This document shows positions 47,468-61,072 of a stretch of DNA of 64,000 nucleotides, piece by piece. The stretch is from NCBI RefSeq assembly GCF_009914755.1, contig NC_060932.1; one strand, 5' to 3'. A program made the position numbers and the translations under genes. This DNA comes from the human T2T-CHM13v2.0 reference genome, Homo sapiens. Position 1 is the stretch's first letter; each line of letters begins with the position of its first letter. The notes beneath the pieces are model-generated. The model was given only the letters and a program-made list of their open reading frames with translations, was not told where the DNA came from and did not search any database.

Positions 47468-48149
47468 AAGTTAGTGCTGCAGGTAGAACAAAAACTCTGT
47501 CTCATAACTTCTTTCTCCATTTCAGGGCTCTTGCTTGTTCTAACTAATTTGTACCACCATAATTCTTATACTAGAGCATAATAAAACAAAAGAGATGCAA
47601 GTGTTTATTAACTTCAGCCTTGTATTTCACAGATCCTAAACATGTAAACATACACCTGATACACTCTCATCCTTTCCGAAGAGAGCAAGTAATAATGTTA
47701 TACTGAGTGATTAATGAACTGATGTAAGGACTCAGTAATCCGCATGCAATTAGTGGATCAACAAAGCAATTTACGCAGTAGGTATGTATTTTGAATAGTA
47801 TTCTTTCTGTAGGGAACCAGCTGTATGTAGTGTTTAATTGAATGCTTTTGCATCACAGAGTGATTTGGAGTCAAATCATCAACCGCATTTCCCAATGTGT
47901 CAAGTAGACAGTTAACTTATCAAAACTTCCGTAGTACTCAGTTCTCTTCCAATGTGCTCCTTATCTTGAATTCTTTTGAAATAGTGTGCCTTATAATTTT
48001 CCAGGAATGATTTACATGTATTCCTGTTCAGAGACAGAGGGATGCATTACATAACATTCCCTGAGGCCCTTTTTGCCTTCGAGTAAATGCTCTTTATCAT
48101 TCTAAGCTTCTTACTCTGAGTAATATTTGAACATGACCCTGTGGATTCC

Positions 48150-49470
48150 CCATAACAATTTCTGATACTGTTTCCCTAGTTGATATGTTTGGATATTTTC
48201 CATACTATGCAGGCTGAATTCTCTTTTTAACTTAGTATGTTCTTTTTCACTCTGATGCTTTGACTTTTGCCATCATAGTTTTCTTTATTTTCAGAGTTTA
48301 TCGACTGTCACTAGGCTTTCTTCTGAGTCCTTTCGCCAAGTCATCCATACTTTGCTCTTCTAATCTTCTGTTATAACAGGCTTCCTGTTACTTATATTTT
48401 TGCTGTTATACTCTGAATTTGTTCCAGATTTTCTGGTAGAGATTTCCCTACACCAAAAACAGTATTCCAGGTGCAGCCACTTGAGAATTGAGTAGAGATA
48501 AATATGTGCGCCCCTTTTTACTGTGATGTCTTGCCATCTGCAGTTCGGAGCCTGTAAAAGTTAGATTTGGGATTGAAAATAAGACTTCCACTAGGACTGC
48601 CATTTGCAGCACAAACTCACCTGGATGGTAACTGCTGTCTAGCCGCAGCTCCCTTTCGACAGGTCCTTCTCAGAAGACTTCTTTTCCAGGCTTTTTTCTT
48701 CCTGTGCATATCTGTGTTTTCATTCATTTTCCCCTGGTGAATAAGCTGGCCCTTTCCCAACCTGACTCTCATCTTGTTATTTGATCCCAAGATCTGTAAC
48801 TCCTCTCAGACCATCTGCATTATTTCTCTGTCCTTGCTGATGTTTTGCAACATTCTCCAGCTGACTATCATCTGCAGATTTCATTAGCACACCATTTACT
48901 ATGTTCTGAAGATCATTAATGAAGATGAATAAACAGAAGAGAAGACCTTCTGCAGACATCTGTGGAATTTCTCTGGGCTGCCCCCACAACTCGATCACCA
49001 TTGTTTTATTTTACCTTTTTGGTTTTTTGCCTAGTGTTTCATTCACTTCCCTCCATAAGCACCCTGTTGTCATATCTGAGTAACTGCACTCATAATGTGT
49101 GATTTTCTTGCACAGCTTTATAATTGCCTAAACAATTCATCATTTGTCTGACAGCATTTTTCCTTTATTAAATCCCAGTTTTATTGACAGTTTTCATTAT
49201 CTTCTAGATTGCAGAAGCTATATGTAACAATGTGTGTGCCCATTCTGATTTCTCCTCAATTTATTACTGTTTTAAAACCTGTACTATAGATGATAGGAAG
49301 AGAGTACGATGAGAAGAGATAGACTCAGAATCTCTATGGCTCTTCTTGGAAAAACACCATAATGTGTATGGAAGATCATGCATGGGGATTTTCCTGCAAG
49401 GCGCTAACAGTGAACTTTCTATCCAAAAAGATAGAAAGAAGTTGTCTCTGGTTTTGAACAATGAAGATTT
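48150..49470 (-). mobile_element. Ancient CR1-clade LINE (L3/CR1) ORF2 fossil
   Basis: Colinear CR1 RT motifs on -: SHRTLFLSSI (~NYRPVSLTS), GFNKGK (~HGFxKG), IPQ..FIFINDL..LMKSADDSQL (~FADDTKL), HLEYC, LEQIQ. Confidence 0.85.
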
Positions 49471-49993
49471 ATATCTAACTTATATTGAAAAATCAAAGGA
49501 TTAGATTTTTTAAACTGAATAAGAACCATAGCTGTACTTAGAGAATATCTGTGATGCACTTGGCACTGTGATAAGATGTGATGTATATCACTATGATTAC
49601 ACCAACCCTGAATGGCACTTATTTTCAGGTGTGACACTAGCCTATGGCGGCTGTCATGAGAATTAGAAAATGGTGTCCCCTCCAGGAGGATACTGCCTGT
49701 GCCTGAGAATAGAGCACAGGCTGCATCTAAGGACCCACTGACCTTCTAGGCCAGATATCTTTGTGTGTGGCAGAGCCTGCCTAAATGTACATGGAAGCCA
49801 CGATTTCTTTGTCATTTAAATGAAGAGGATAAGATACCTATAAAAGATAGATTTGAGATTGATACTAATGTGGTTCCTCCATGCCATATTGTTTCTCTGC
49901 ACATAGAACAAATATGGATCTAACTCATACTTCTGTGATTGCCTACTAAATTCAAACAGTACTTTGTGTTTTTACTTAGAAAAGAATGGATAT

Positions 49994-50289
<296 letters not shown>

Positions 50290-50622
50290 AAAAGAATGGA
50301 TATAATTTAATATGTAACCTTCTCTTCCAATCTTTAGCTATGCTGTTGATTTTCTTCCCAGTCTTCAGCTATGTTGTTTTTGTTATTGTCATTATTATTA
50401 TTATTATTTATTACTGAATCTAGAAAGAATCATGGAGAAGAAGCAGTATTACTCTGGGCCAGGTATTCTTTGTAATATCTTTAAAATACATTTGAACGCT
50501 GTTCACATATCCCTTTGTTTGCCTATTAGATCCGGTCAACATTATGCAAACACACACCTTCATGATATTGAATATTGATCAATTTAGTCACATGCCATGC
50601 AAACGTAGAAATACCACTTAAT

Positions 50623-50933
50623 GGCTGGGCATGGTGGCTCATGCCTGTAATCCCAGCATTTTAGGAGGCCAAGGCAGGTGGATCGTCTGAGCTCAAGAGT
50701 TCAAGACCACCCAGGGCAACATGGTGAAACCCCGTCTCTAGTAAAAATACAAAAAAATTAACTGGGTGTGGTGGTGCATTCCTGTAGTCCCAGCTACTTG
50801 GGATGCTGAGGCAGGAGAATCACTTGAGCCCAAGAGGCAAAGTTGCAGTGAGCCAAGATCATGCCACTGCGCTCCAGCTTGGGCTACAGAGTGAGACTCC
50901 ATCTCAAAAAAAAAAAAAAAAAAAAAAAAAAAA
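50623..50933 (+). mobile_element. Old AluS (Sz-like), full length
   Basis: Dimeric Alu with a long A tail. Confidence 0.92.
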
Positions 50934-52074
50934 CTACTACTTATCAAGGAATGTTTTGAATGCTTTAATTCTTTGACTTAAATTACTATATATATTTATA
51001 AACGTGTAGAAGATTTGACAACTGGAATGTGTGTGTGCGCATGCACATATACACACATATGCACATATGTATATATGTGTATGTATAACATATATATCTA
51101 TAAATAAAAGTTATTTACCAAAGCATCATATATTTTCATTTTCTTTTCTTTCCTTTTGTTAGCATTTTCATTTTTCTTGAGTACTGTTTTTATTGAAATG
51201 CACCTTGCACTTTAGCTATAGAGCTTTTCCTTGTTGAACAATGTAGTTTTCTTGCTCAACAACTCTGACATCCAGGTAAATGGAAGGAAAATGGATAGGG
51301 GAGTTGTGTGTTCATAATGCCACTTTGCCACCCTGAAATCTATGCAGATAATCTACTTGGAAGGCTTTGAGCCCCAGTGGAATACAGAACCATGTAAGTA
51401 TCCTGCATTGATTTACAGCACCTGCTACAGCTGCTTGGATCTTGGCAGGCATTTTCTCTCCTGCCAAATGCTGTTGAAATTGCTGGGCTGGTCTAGATGG
51501 AGGTTATATTTACTGGACATGTTTATAATCTTCAGAGTGATCTAAGCCATAGAGAGCTAATTTCCCAAAGATCAATGACTAAGGGAGGATTTCAGAGGTT
51601 ATCCTCTTTATCCAATTTCCTGTGTCCTAATGAGATGGCTGAAACCTGTTTGGAATCTTTCTGATTAGGAACTCTTGTGAGAGTCAATAAAGAATATGAC
51701 ATTCATAAATCTAAATAAGAGGCGACTTGGCAGCCTGTATGGTGATTCATGCCACGAGAAGCCTTTCCCCTGCCCCCAACAGGATGTGCCATGGGTGGCC
51801 AACCTGAGACAAGGTCAGACTTGAACCAAGAGTCTTGAGAGGACTTGGCCTCTCCTGGTTAATTCAGAGGACTCTTCTGGCTATTAGAATGCGCTGTGTA
51901 TATTTTTTACCTGTCTTGATTTAATTCAATTCAATTGCCATTCAATTCAAACGAAATGTATTTGTTAAATGATTATTATGTTTTCCAATTAAGAAGGATG
52001 ACACAAAAAAACTATATTGGTATATGGTAAGGATCATTATATAGATCTAAAAAAGTTTTATCAAAGATGATGAT

Positions 52075-52245
52075 AATCATAATAGCTAATGTATTTTGAG
52101 TAGTTACTATGTCAGGCAGTGTGCTAAGCACTTCACACATGTTATTTAATCCTAACAAATTCATGAATTAGGTCTTATTATACCTATTTTGCAGATGAAG
52201 AAACTGTGACTTAGATGCATTAATTAACTTTCCATGTTAACAAAA
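52075..52245 (-). mobile_element. MIR
   Basis: tactatgtcaggcagtgtgctaagcactt...tttgcagatgaagaaactg. Confidence 0.8.
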
Positions 52246-52269
52246 TCCTTCCCAAATCCCATATTCCCC

Positions 52270-53040
52270 TCTCGCTGTCTTTTGCCCCCTCTCAGCTAAT
52301 CTTCTAGGAAAAACTTGTCTGCCTTTATCATCTCTACTTCTTTACCTCCCATTTGTTTCTCAACCCATTCAGTTAGGCTTCTGCCACTGCCATCAAAATG
52401 AAAATTAAACAGGGTCATCAATTCCTCCACATGTCCAATACAGTATTTTTGTTTCACTGGATTGCTCACCACCTTTTCCCACAATTAACCACTTCCTTCT
52501 GGAAACAGTATCTTCTCTTGGTTTCTTGTACCACATATTCCTGTGTTTCCTCTGGAATCATGAGCTGCTTATCTCCATTTGATAGCACCTCTTCCTCTGC
52601 CTAATTTCTCATTACTGGAGCATTTTAGTTTCGGTTCTGGGTCATCTTCTCTTGCCCCTGGATTCTGCCCTGTGTAGGGGATTTTAAACATTGTTGGTAC
52701 CACGTACATTATTGGCAGTCTCATGAAGCCTATAGACTCGAAGTGCATAAAATACCCTGGATATCTCTCAGTATCCCAAACGTAGTTCTTACAAATGGGA
52801 ACTCTTGTTTTCCATCTGCAAATTTGTTTTTCCTCCAGTCTTGTCCATCATCAATCCAGTTGCTCAAGAAAACTAGAAGTCATCTATGATTCCTCATTTA
52901 TCCTAAAACACAAAGCTTATACCATCCATTAGCATGTCTTGGCTATTTTATCTTCCCACCGTTCCAGATTTTCCCACTTTTTCCTTCTATCCACTGCCAC
53001 CCTGCTGTGACCCCTTAGGTGGTGCTTAATACATGTTTAG
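52270..53040 (+). mobile_element. L2 internal fragment, with a possible small hAT MITE remnant at ~52675-52755
   Basis: Pyrimidine-rich L2 sense signature (ttctcaacccattcagttaggcttctgcc, catcaatccagttgctcaag). Confidence 0.65.
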
Positions 53041-55299
53041 TGTATGAAGAAAGGTTTGGAATGGGGAAAATAAAGAGACACACTGAATCACTAGGGGACA
53101 TGTAATACTCTAGGCAAGACCCAAGATAGAACAGGGACAGTCTGAACTGAAGACAAGAAGGATGAATTTAAAAGATAAGTGTGTCCAGTGGAAAATACAG
53201 ACAAAGAATTAAGAGTTACAAATGCCTGTTAGTGTAATCGGGTTGTTTGAAGCTATCTTTTAAAAATTTCCATTTCTTTTTAAGTAGCCTTTTACCTCAT
53301 GTTCTGTGAAGTCTTTTGGAGACAGTAAATCATATTGTTTGGGAAATTTAAGGGTGGAGATGGGAATAAAACTGAAAAGAGGAATCTTTCCTAGATTAAG
53401 TTGACAAAGAAACAGCTTTCTTCAGCCATTTCTCTCCAGACACTAGTCAAACAAACAGGTGAGCACCAGATAGTTTGAGCAGCAGCTGGAACAGTTCAAT
53501 AAGAGTCTCCCTCTAGCCTCTCCTTACTTCTGAATAAGCAAAGTTAAGCTACAGTCAACTAGTCCGCTTCTCTAATATTCTGTATTGTTCTGAGGTTTAA
53601 GGCTTTGTTTTTTTCTTGGCTGTCTAGGCTCTCTGATTAACTGAGATTAATCTCTATCATCCTGTGTAAGCTAAACCCTAAATTACATAATATGTTTTCT
53701 ATCTGTATGCCATATGCCTTCCATGTCAGGGATGACTCCAGAGACAACAAAAGCAAGCTGTGTTTTTACTGATTTTGCAAACTTGCATTCATCAGCCTTG
53801 GGCATTTTGGCCTCCCCAGTGTCAGTATGGTGTTTTAATAGCTGAGAAAAACAACAGAAATATAAAGAGAGGACACTGTGAAAATCACTTTCCAAACTGA
53901 CTTGTATTGAAACTGCCTCACATCTAAGTAATGGAAAATAACAGTGATTAGGATAATGCGGTGCATTACATTCGGTGACAGTTAATCCTCTTATTAACTT
54001 CATGGTCATATTTCGCTCATTTGTTAGGTTGGAAGGACTGTGTGAGAATGTTGTAGTTCCTGTTTTTCTGTTCATTGGGAAAGTTGGGAAAATAGTTCTA
54101 AAAATAAAAGAGTTCCAGGTTGAAAAGCCTTTGAGGTTGACTGTTCTCTCTGGAGATGCATGTTTACCTTGTGCCCTTTATCCATGCTTTGAGTTTGGGT
54201 ACCCACTCTTTGAGGCCTCATTCTCTTCCCTTTAGAGGATTTTCTTTCCACCTGAGCAATCACCAGTGAGGGAAAAGTCAGTGGGGTGGTTCAGCTGCGT
54301 GATATGTTGCATTGACAAATGGAGGCAGAGCCCTGCTCCAGCCCCGTGAGTTGGAACAACCTACAAAGCATTTCTGGCAGTGAGCCAAAGAGGTGATCCC
54401 TCCTCTAGGGAAAAAAAAAGTCAATGGCTGAGATTGCAGTTCTCCATCCCCTTGCTGGGCTGATTCATACAGCAGCATTGACACTGAGGTCTCAGAAGAA
54501 CTGTTCTCTTCCCAGTCCATCTAAAAATATCTAAATTCAGATTTATAATGTCAGGAGCTGATAAATTTGCTGAGGAAATGCAAGCAGTGTCACTGCCGTG
54601 CTAGGAAATCTATTCTGATGAATTGATGAGGGAAAGAAATTCCAAACATAGCAGAGTCTCAGAGTGCCACTTCCCCTGGGATGGTGAGCAAAATGAGCAT
54701 GTTTTCCTTGCCATCGAAGTTCCCTTCTTCAAACATAGTAGAAAGTAGAATATACTAGATTGAAAAGGAATATGGAAAATACCTTTTTGATCAAAAGCAT
54801 GACATGACATAAAACTAAATCTTATGGCCTGTAAAATATTCTTGGTTTACGTCAAGCAAGGGGTTCCCTTTTAAAATGCTCTTTCACTAAGACAAAAATT
54901 CCACTCACATAGCCCTGGTGACTTTTGATTGAATCAGGATCTTTTAAATTTGGAACTCAGCAAGAAACCGACTGTCTTACTTTCCTACAGGTTTTGTTTG
55001 AACTTTCAGAATCTAAGTTGATATTGCGGTCTGCTGCTAACCAGCTCTTCCCTCTCTTTAGTTGGTCAGTGGATTCTCAGGAGTATTATAGGATGTTTCC
55101 TCCATACCACCTGGCTTGAAATGATTTGGCATAGGCTTCAACTCTAATTTATTCAGCATCCCTTTAGCGCCTACTAGAAACCAAGTATCATGACTGGAAC
55201 TTTTCTGAAATGATGAAGGTGCCATGGGGACAGATGGGCGTGTAAAGAACTTATTACAAATCAAATCATAACATAATAATTGATACTGAACAATTGCTA

Positions 55300-55460
55300 T
55301 GAGAATTGAACAGAGGAAATGCTTCTGCTGGGAAAAGACCAAGAAGGCATCAGAGAAGAAGTAAAATTTGTGGTTGGGGTGATACAATGAATGAGTACTA
55401 GCAATTTCTCAGGGGAGCAGAGTATGTCTAACAGGCAGAACAGCATGGCACTAAGTTAGG
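55300..55460 (-). mobile_element. L2 fragment
   Basis: aagaaggcatcagagaagaagtaaaatttg...aggcagaacagcatg. Confidence 0.5.
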
Positions 55461-56139
55461 AAAAGTACCACCTGCCTTAGGGACTTCAACAAGATATTTG
55501 AAGTGTTTAAATAATTTTTTTTTCTCACTTGGATTTTGGCTTTTGCCAAACAACTAACAAACAACTGTTACATTTGATCTAATTATTTTAGATCATTAAC
55601 TTTGAAAATTGCTGTTTGTGTGATTTCCTACCTTGGCCTTGGGCCTATTATGAGCTGACATCTAATGAACAGGTGGCTGGTACATTCCTGGAGTTTTGCC
55701 CTTGTCAAACACTTGACCCAGACCGCAAAATGTCATGGTAGCTTTCCCTGCTGAAACCTTGTGGACTTACAGCTCAGTAACGATGTTCTAATGATCTAAC
55801 ATGCTATGCCATCATTTGTTGATTCATAAAGTCATGAGATAAACACTAACATTATTATCACTGTCTCCTTGAATGAAAATTAAAGGCTAGACTTTTAATT
55901 TTATGCAGTATTTTCTTGACTCAATTATTTGCATTAAAAAATGTTTAGGCATTTCATTCTCATGGACCTACCTCTTAATATGCTTTCTTCTTAATCAGGC
56001 AATAATTTGTAGGTTTGGGCCTCAATTTCAATAGCAAGTGAGCCCCAAACTCAGTAAAAAGCAAAAAGGGTTTTTTTTTTCTGAGATTCAATATGAAACA
56101 CAGCATACAAATATTTCATGTAATTTTAAAAGGTAATTT

Positions 56140-56370
56140 AGCATAGATATGCATACTGAAGTATTTAGGGGAAGTAGAAAGATGTCTGCAATTTATTTTG
56201 AAATGCGTCAACAAATATGACGGATGGATAGAGGGATAGATAAATGGGTGGATATGTTTGAAAGCAAATATAATAAAAATGTTACCATCTGAGTATAAAA
56301 TACAGCTATTGATTATAAAATTATTTTAACTTTGTGGAATGTTTGAAATTTTTACAATATGTTTGGGGAG
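56140..56370 (+). mobile_element. L1ME3-like 3' end
   Basis: atgcatactgaagtatttagggg...gatgtctgcaatttattttgaaatg...gtttgaaatttttacaat. Confidence 0.7.
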
Positions 56371-56692
56371 AATGATAAGGTAGCAAAGAATTAAACTGGT
56401 AGAGGTGCTTGGATAAGAATGATGAGATACTTAAAGTGAAGAGAAATTTCTCTGACTTATCAAAATGTAGACACGAATGTAGTTGTGTCTGTGAGTCAAA
56501 GTACACAATCTCTCTTCTCCATTAGCTTATGAATCTGTCAGATGAGAAAAAAGATCATCCTAGGAGAAAGAGTAGTTCACTGTAAAGGCCAGAACTTTAG
56601 TCTACTTGGCAATATATAAATAGACTTTTGGGGTTTATTTTTAATATAAAACACTGATATTTTTCGCAAATAAGGCCATTTCTGCCTTCTCA

Positions 56693-57285
56693 GTCATTTC
56701 AACATATATTGAGCACTTCCTATATTCCTGGCATGGTGCTAAGCACGGGGGCTTTAACTTCAAAAAGTTGAACATCAAGAATGGAGAAAGAGAACAAGAA
56801 GGTGATGTCGCACACGGAAAGAAGGACTTAAAATGTGCTGTGAGAGCTCTGAAGAGGGAGAAGTCCCTGGCTTGTTAGCTCTGATTTGGGGCAGGCTACT
56901 AAACCTTTTTGTGCCTTAGTATTTTCCTCTATAAAATCTGGCCAATAATAAATGTTAAACTACTGTCTGTTAAATAGCTGGACCTTCATAAATGGTCACT
57001 AATATCTTTAACCCAGAGAGGAAGATCAAATTAGGAAAAAAAAATAACACAGCCATAAAATTTGTTTGACAGACATCCTTCTTTTTCCCATCCCTCCTTT
57101 ATACCCCATCTTTTGTTGCCCTAGTAGAATGATAAAATCACAGCCCTGGAGCTGGAACAGACCTAGCCCTAGATTTTGGACAGATATTCCATTCCAACCC
57201 CCATTTAGAGGTGAAGACACTGAAATAACTTGAGAAAAGTGACTTGTCTCAGGTCCCATAGCTAGTCAATGGCAAAGTGGGTGAA
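56693..57285. mobile_element. Cluster of L2 3' end (-), MIR (+) and MIR (-) fragments
   Basis: tattgagcacttcctatattcctggcatggtgctaagc; gggcaggctactaaacc..gtgccttagt; gtgacttgtctcaggtcccatagctagt. Confidence 0.6.
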
Positions 57286-58049
57286 CATGTAGGATAATAA
57301 AGCTTTTACTGGAGAGAGAGGTTGAAGAAAAGTTCTTTGGAAATATAGTTTATGATTTCTTAGGATGTAAGAGAGAAAATGCTCAGAAACTTTTTTTATT
57401 GTTAGAAGAGAATGTGTTTTAGTGTACCTAAACACATTGCATTAGTAGGTTCTCAAGAGGCATTTGTTGACTTGTATTGCATTAAACCTCTCCTGCTAAT
57501 TGTCTGTATAGCATGGTTAACCCTTGTTATGTGGGTAACTGTTCCTTTAATTAAATTAGTTTTTAAGTCTTTTAATTATATTTTGGTGCCTATAATTGAC
57601 AGAATCTATATCTCTTAACCCCACATAGATTTATGCAGTTAGGGGTAGTGAAGATTGCTTCTCTCTTTGTGAAAATGGAATGAGTACTCTTGTAACATCT
57701 CTATATTTGTATCTTATTTGATCTGTGGGACATAGAACATTTTCTTGACAAGATAGCGATTTCCCCTAGAGATCTGTCAATTCACAACTTTGAATTAAGG
57801 TCTCTAGGCGTTCTAATTATCAGAGCCAATGACCCCCGCTGGCTTTGACCTCCAATACTTTAGCTGGACAGTTCACTCAGAGCAAAGATAGAGGTTCTTT
57901 ATACTAAAGGAGAATATTTCTTATCACAGAGGAGGGAAAGAAGGAGAATAAGAGAAATAGAGGGAGTGGAGGGGATGAGAGAAGGGAAAGAGAAAGAGAG
58001 TAAGTGAGATGTCGCTGCAAAATGTTTTTAAATTATTTAGTTGATACTA

Positions 58050-58162
58050 TTAGGTTGGTGTAAAAATAGTTGTGCTTTTTTCCATTAAATAGTAATGGCA
58101 TTATTAAAATTGGCATTATTAAAAGTAATGGCAAAATGGCAATTACTTTTGCACCAACCTAA
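58050..58162. mobile_element. MADE1 (Hsmar1-derived mariner MITE) with expanded spacer
   Basis: TIRs ttaggttggtg...caccaacctaa flanked by TA (58048-58049, 58163-58164). Confidence 0.92.
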
Positions 58163-58712
58163 TATTAAATTTTTTAAAAATAAAAGTCATATAAGAGACT
58201 AAGCAAATCCACAATAAAATAAATAAGTTGAAAATTAGTGAATGAAATAGGATCTCCACAAACAATGCTGCAGAATAGTTTAGAAACACTGAAAGATATT
58301 TCTAACATGCAATACAGATCCTTTCATGCTTCATTTGAGAAGCTGGTATAAATAGAAAAGTGAATGTACAGTCTCAGAATCTCAGACCAGAAAACATTCT
58401 AGAGCACAAGTTCTAAGACAAAAGAAAGAGAGGACTCACACTCTACTTGGGAATGGGCTGATTTTTGCTCCATTGAGCAGATTGCACTGTTGATTAACAA
58501 GGTAGATCTGGTAAGAAGTTGAGACAGAGACACCACATGCTGAAGAATCTAGGCTGTCGGTGCTTTTTGGAATCTCAGAAAGAGGTCAGGGAGCCCTTGT
58601 GACTCCAGGAGGTAAATGACTTTCCCATTGTTTGCTGTTCCTTCCCAGCCTCAAAAAGTAGGGATGCAGACAGCTGCTTCTGAGGGTGATTTTTTTTAAA
58701 TTTAAAAGTTCC

Positions 58713-59043
58713 ACCTGGGCATGATGCAGTTGCTCATGGCTGTAATCCCAGCACTTTGGGAGGCTGAAGCACATGGATCCTTGAGCCCAGGAGTTCGAGA
58801 CCATCCTGGGCAACATAGTGAGACCCTGTCCCTACTTCAAAAAAAAGAAAAAATCAGCCTGGCATGGTAGTGTCTGCCTGTAGTCCCAGCTACCAGGGAG
58901 GCTGAGGTGTAAGGACCACTTTAATCTGGGAGATCAAGGCTGCAGTGAGCCATGATCATAGCACTCCACTCCATCCCAGGTTACAGAGTGAGAACCTGTC
59001 TCAAAAAAAAAAAAAACAAAAAAACAAAAAAACAAAAAACAAA
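58713..59043 (+). mobile_element. AluJ, full length, tail decayed to (A6C)n
   Basis: ttgagcccaggagttcgag, gggcaacatagtgagaccc and aggctgcagtgagccatgatc J diagnostics. Confidence 0.92.
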
Positions 59044-59310
59044 CCTTGGAAAAGTCTATAGCTTCATCTTATGCATTATTCCCCCATATACTGATAAAAT
59101 TCAAGTCCCTTCATAGAACCCAAACAGCTGATAATGTGGCCCATAATTGTGAATTCCCCAAGCCCAGCATTTGAAAAGACAATTTAAAAAATGAGAGAGA
59201 AAGAGAGTCAGTGCTGATAAGTATGAGGTAATGTGAATGTGTAGGCACAGGGTGACGTTGTAAGTGGGAAGAAAAGGAGGGAGAAGCTAACTTTCATTAA
59301 GAGTCTTCTA

Positions 59311-59648
<338 letters not shown>

Positions 59649-60459
59649 TTATTTTTCATATAACATGATGAGAAGATGGGGGTCCTTGTAAGCAGCAGAA
59701 CTGGGATTTGAACCCAAATCTCTATGACATAGGTCCCCATACATTTTCTATGACATTGGTTGTGTGCCATCTGGCTCATGACTTTCCAGCAATTTCATGG
59801 ATAAAAGATGTATAATAATCTGACATTCAAAACCCATATACTTTTGCCTGTGTTAGCTGCTCTGGGTAAAACTATTGGATAAATGAGGTTTGGAGAATAG
59901 ATGTGAATTTTCATTATTCATTCCCTTCTGAGAATTGTCCAAATAATATTATTTCTACCAGGGTGAAATAGAGGGGGAAAAAAAACCCCTAGGTTTCTGG
60001 AAATATTGACTATGGGATATAAGGCAAATTTAGATGTTAAAAGTGATAGTTGCCAAATTTGTCAAATGCCGTAATGTTCTCATGTACAAAAAAAGTTGGG
60101 GAATTTTTGTCAGAAAATTATGAGTTTTGCACTGGCCAATTCAAATCAAAGAGTTTTTTTTTTTTTTCTTGTCTTTGGCAGGTTTTACAAGGGGGTGTCC
60201 CTGAGGGGAGGTGAAATGAGACCTAGAAGCAATTTTTACTGTAACACACACATACCCATGCACTAACTTGCTTTCATATAGTTACCTGTACATGCCACAT
60301 TTCATGATTAAAATGCAGTCCAGAAAAATATGGTGCACTGGGCTATGTATGAGTCCCATTCTCTTTCTTTCTATTTTTAAGTGGATTTTATGTTGCCTAT
60401 TTAGTCTGTAATGACCATAAGCCACTCCAGCCAACTTGTTTTAAAGCTCAGAGAGAAGT

Positions 60460-60726
60460 AGGTCACTAAACAATAGAATAATAATGTGGCCACATATTTA
60501 ACTTTCTAGTACCCACATTTCCAAAAAGTAATTTCATCCAAAACTATCATTTCAACATGTCATTAATGTAAAACACTGTTAATGAGATATTTTGAATTTT
60601 TTAGTGGTAGGTCTTCAAAATCTGGTGTAAATTTGCACTGACAGCCCATCACAATTCAGTCAAGCCCACATTTCAAGTGCTCAGTAAACACATTTGTCTA
60701 GTGGCTCCTGTATTGGATGGCACAGG
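60460..60726. mobile_element. MER33 hAT-Charlie element
   Basis: tatcatttcaacatgt..ttaatgagatatttt..ccacatttcaagtgctca..ctagtggct..tattgga. Confidence 0.8.
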
Positions 60727-61008
60727 TGTAGACTAGGAAAGCATTCACTCATGGTGTTTATTCAATATTTTCTCTATCTTCTATCATTTCTTATATTAAG
60801 TTGTAGAGAGAGAGCGCACTATTTCTACCCCATCAGAGAACATGAAGGGATGCAGAGAAGAATATGTTGAGTTGACTACCTACCTCACAGAGGACCTCTG
60901 CATGACATTTAGTTGAAGGGAACTGCCTTCTCTTTTTCCAGGAAGATTAAATCTTTATCCTCTCTGCCATTCAGTTTAATACCTATGTGCAAGGCATCAG
61001 TAGAGACC

Positions 61009-61063
<55 letters not shown>

Positions 61064-61072
61064 CAGATAGAT
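61009..61072 (+). repeat. (AGAT)13 AGAC (AGAT)2 tetranucleotide STR
   Basis: Counted directly. Followed by a TG-rich tract to ~61118. Confidence 0.97.

Noticed and set aside
48777-49001. RT-like ORF as a novel retron/DGR-type reverse transcriptase
   Set aside because: Motifs and colinear flanks match a CR1-clade LINE. Frames are broken and the context is primate genomic DNA.
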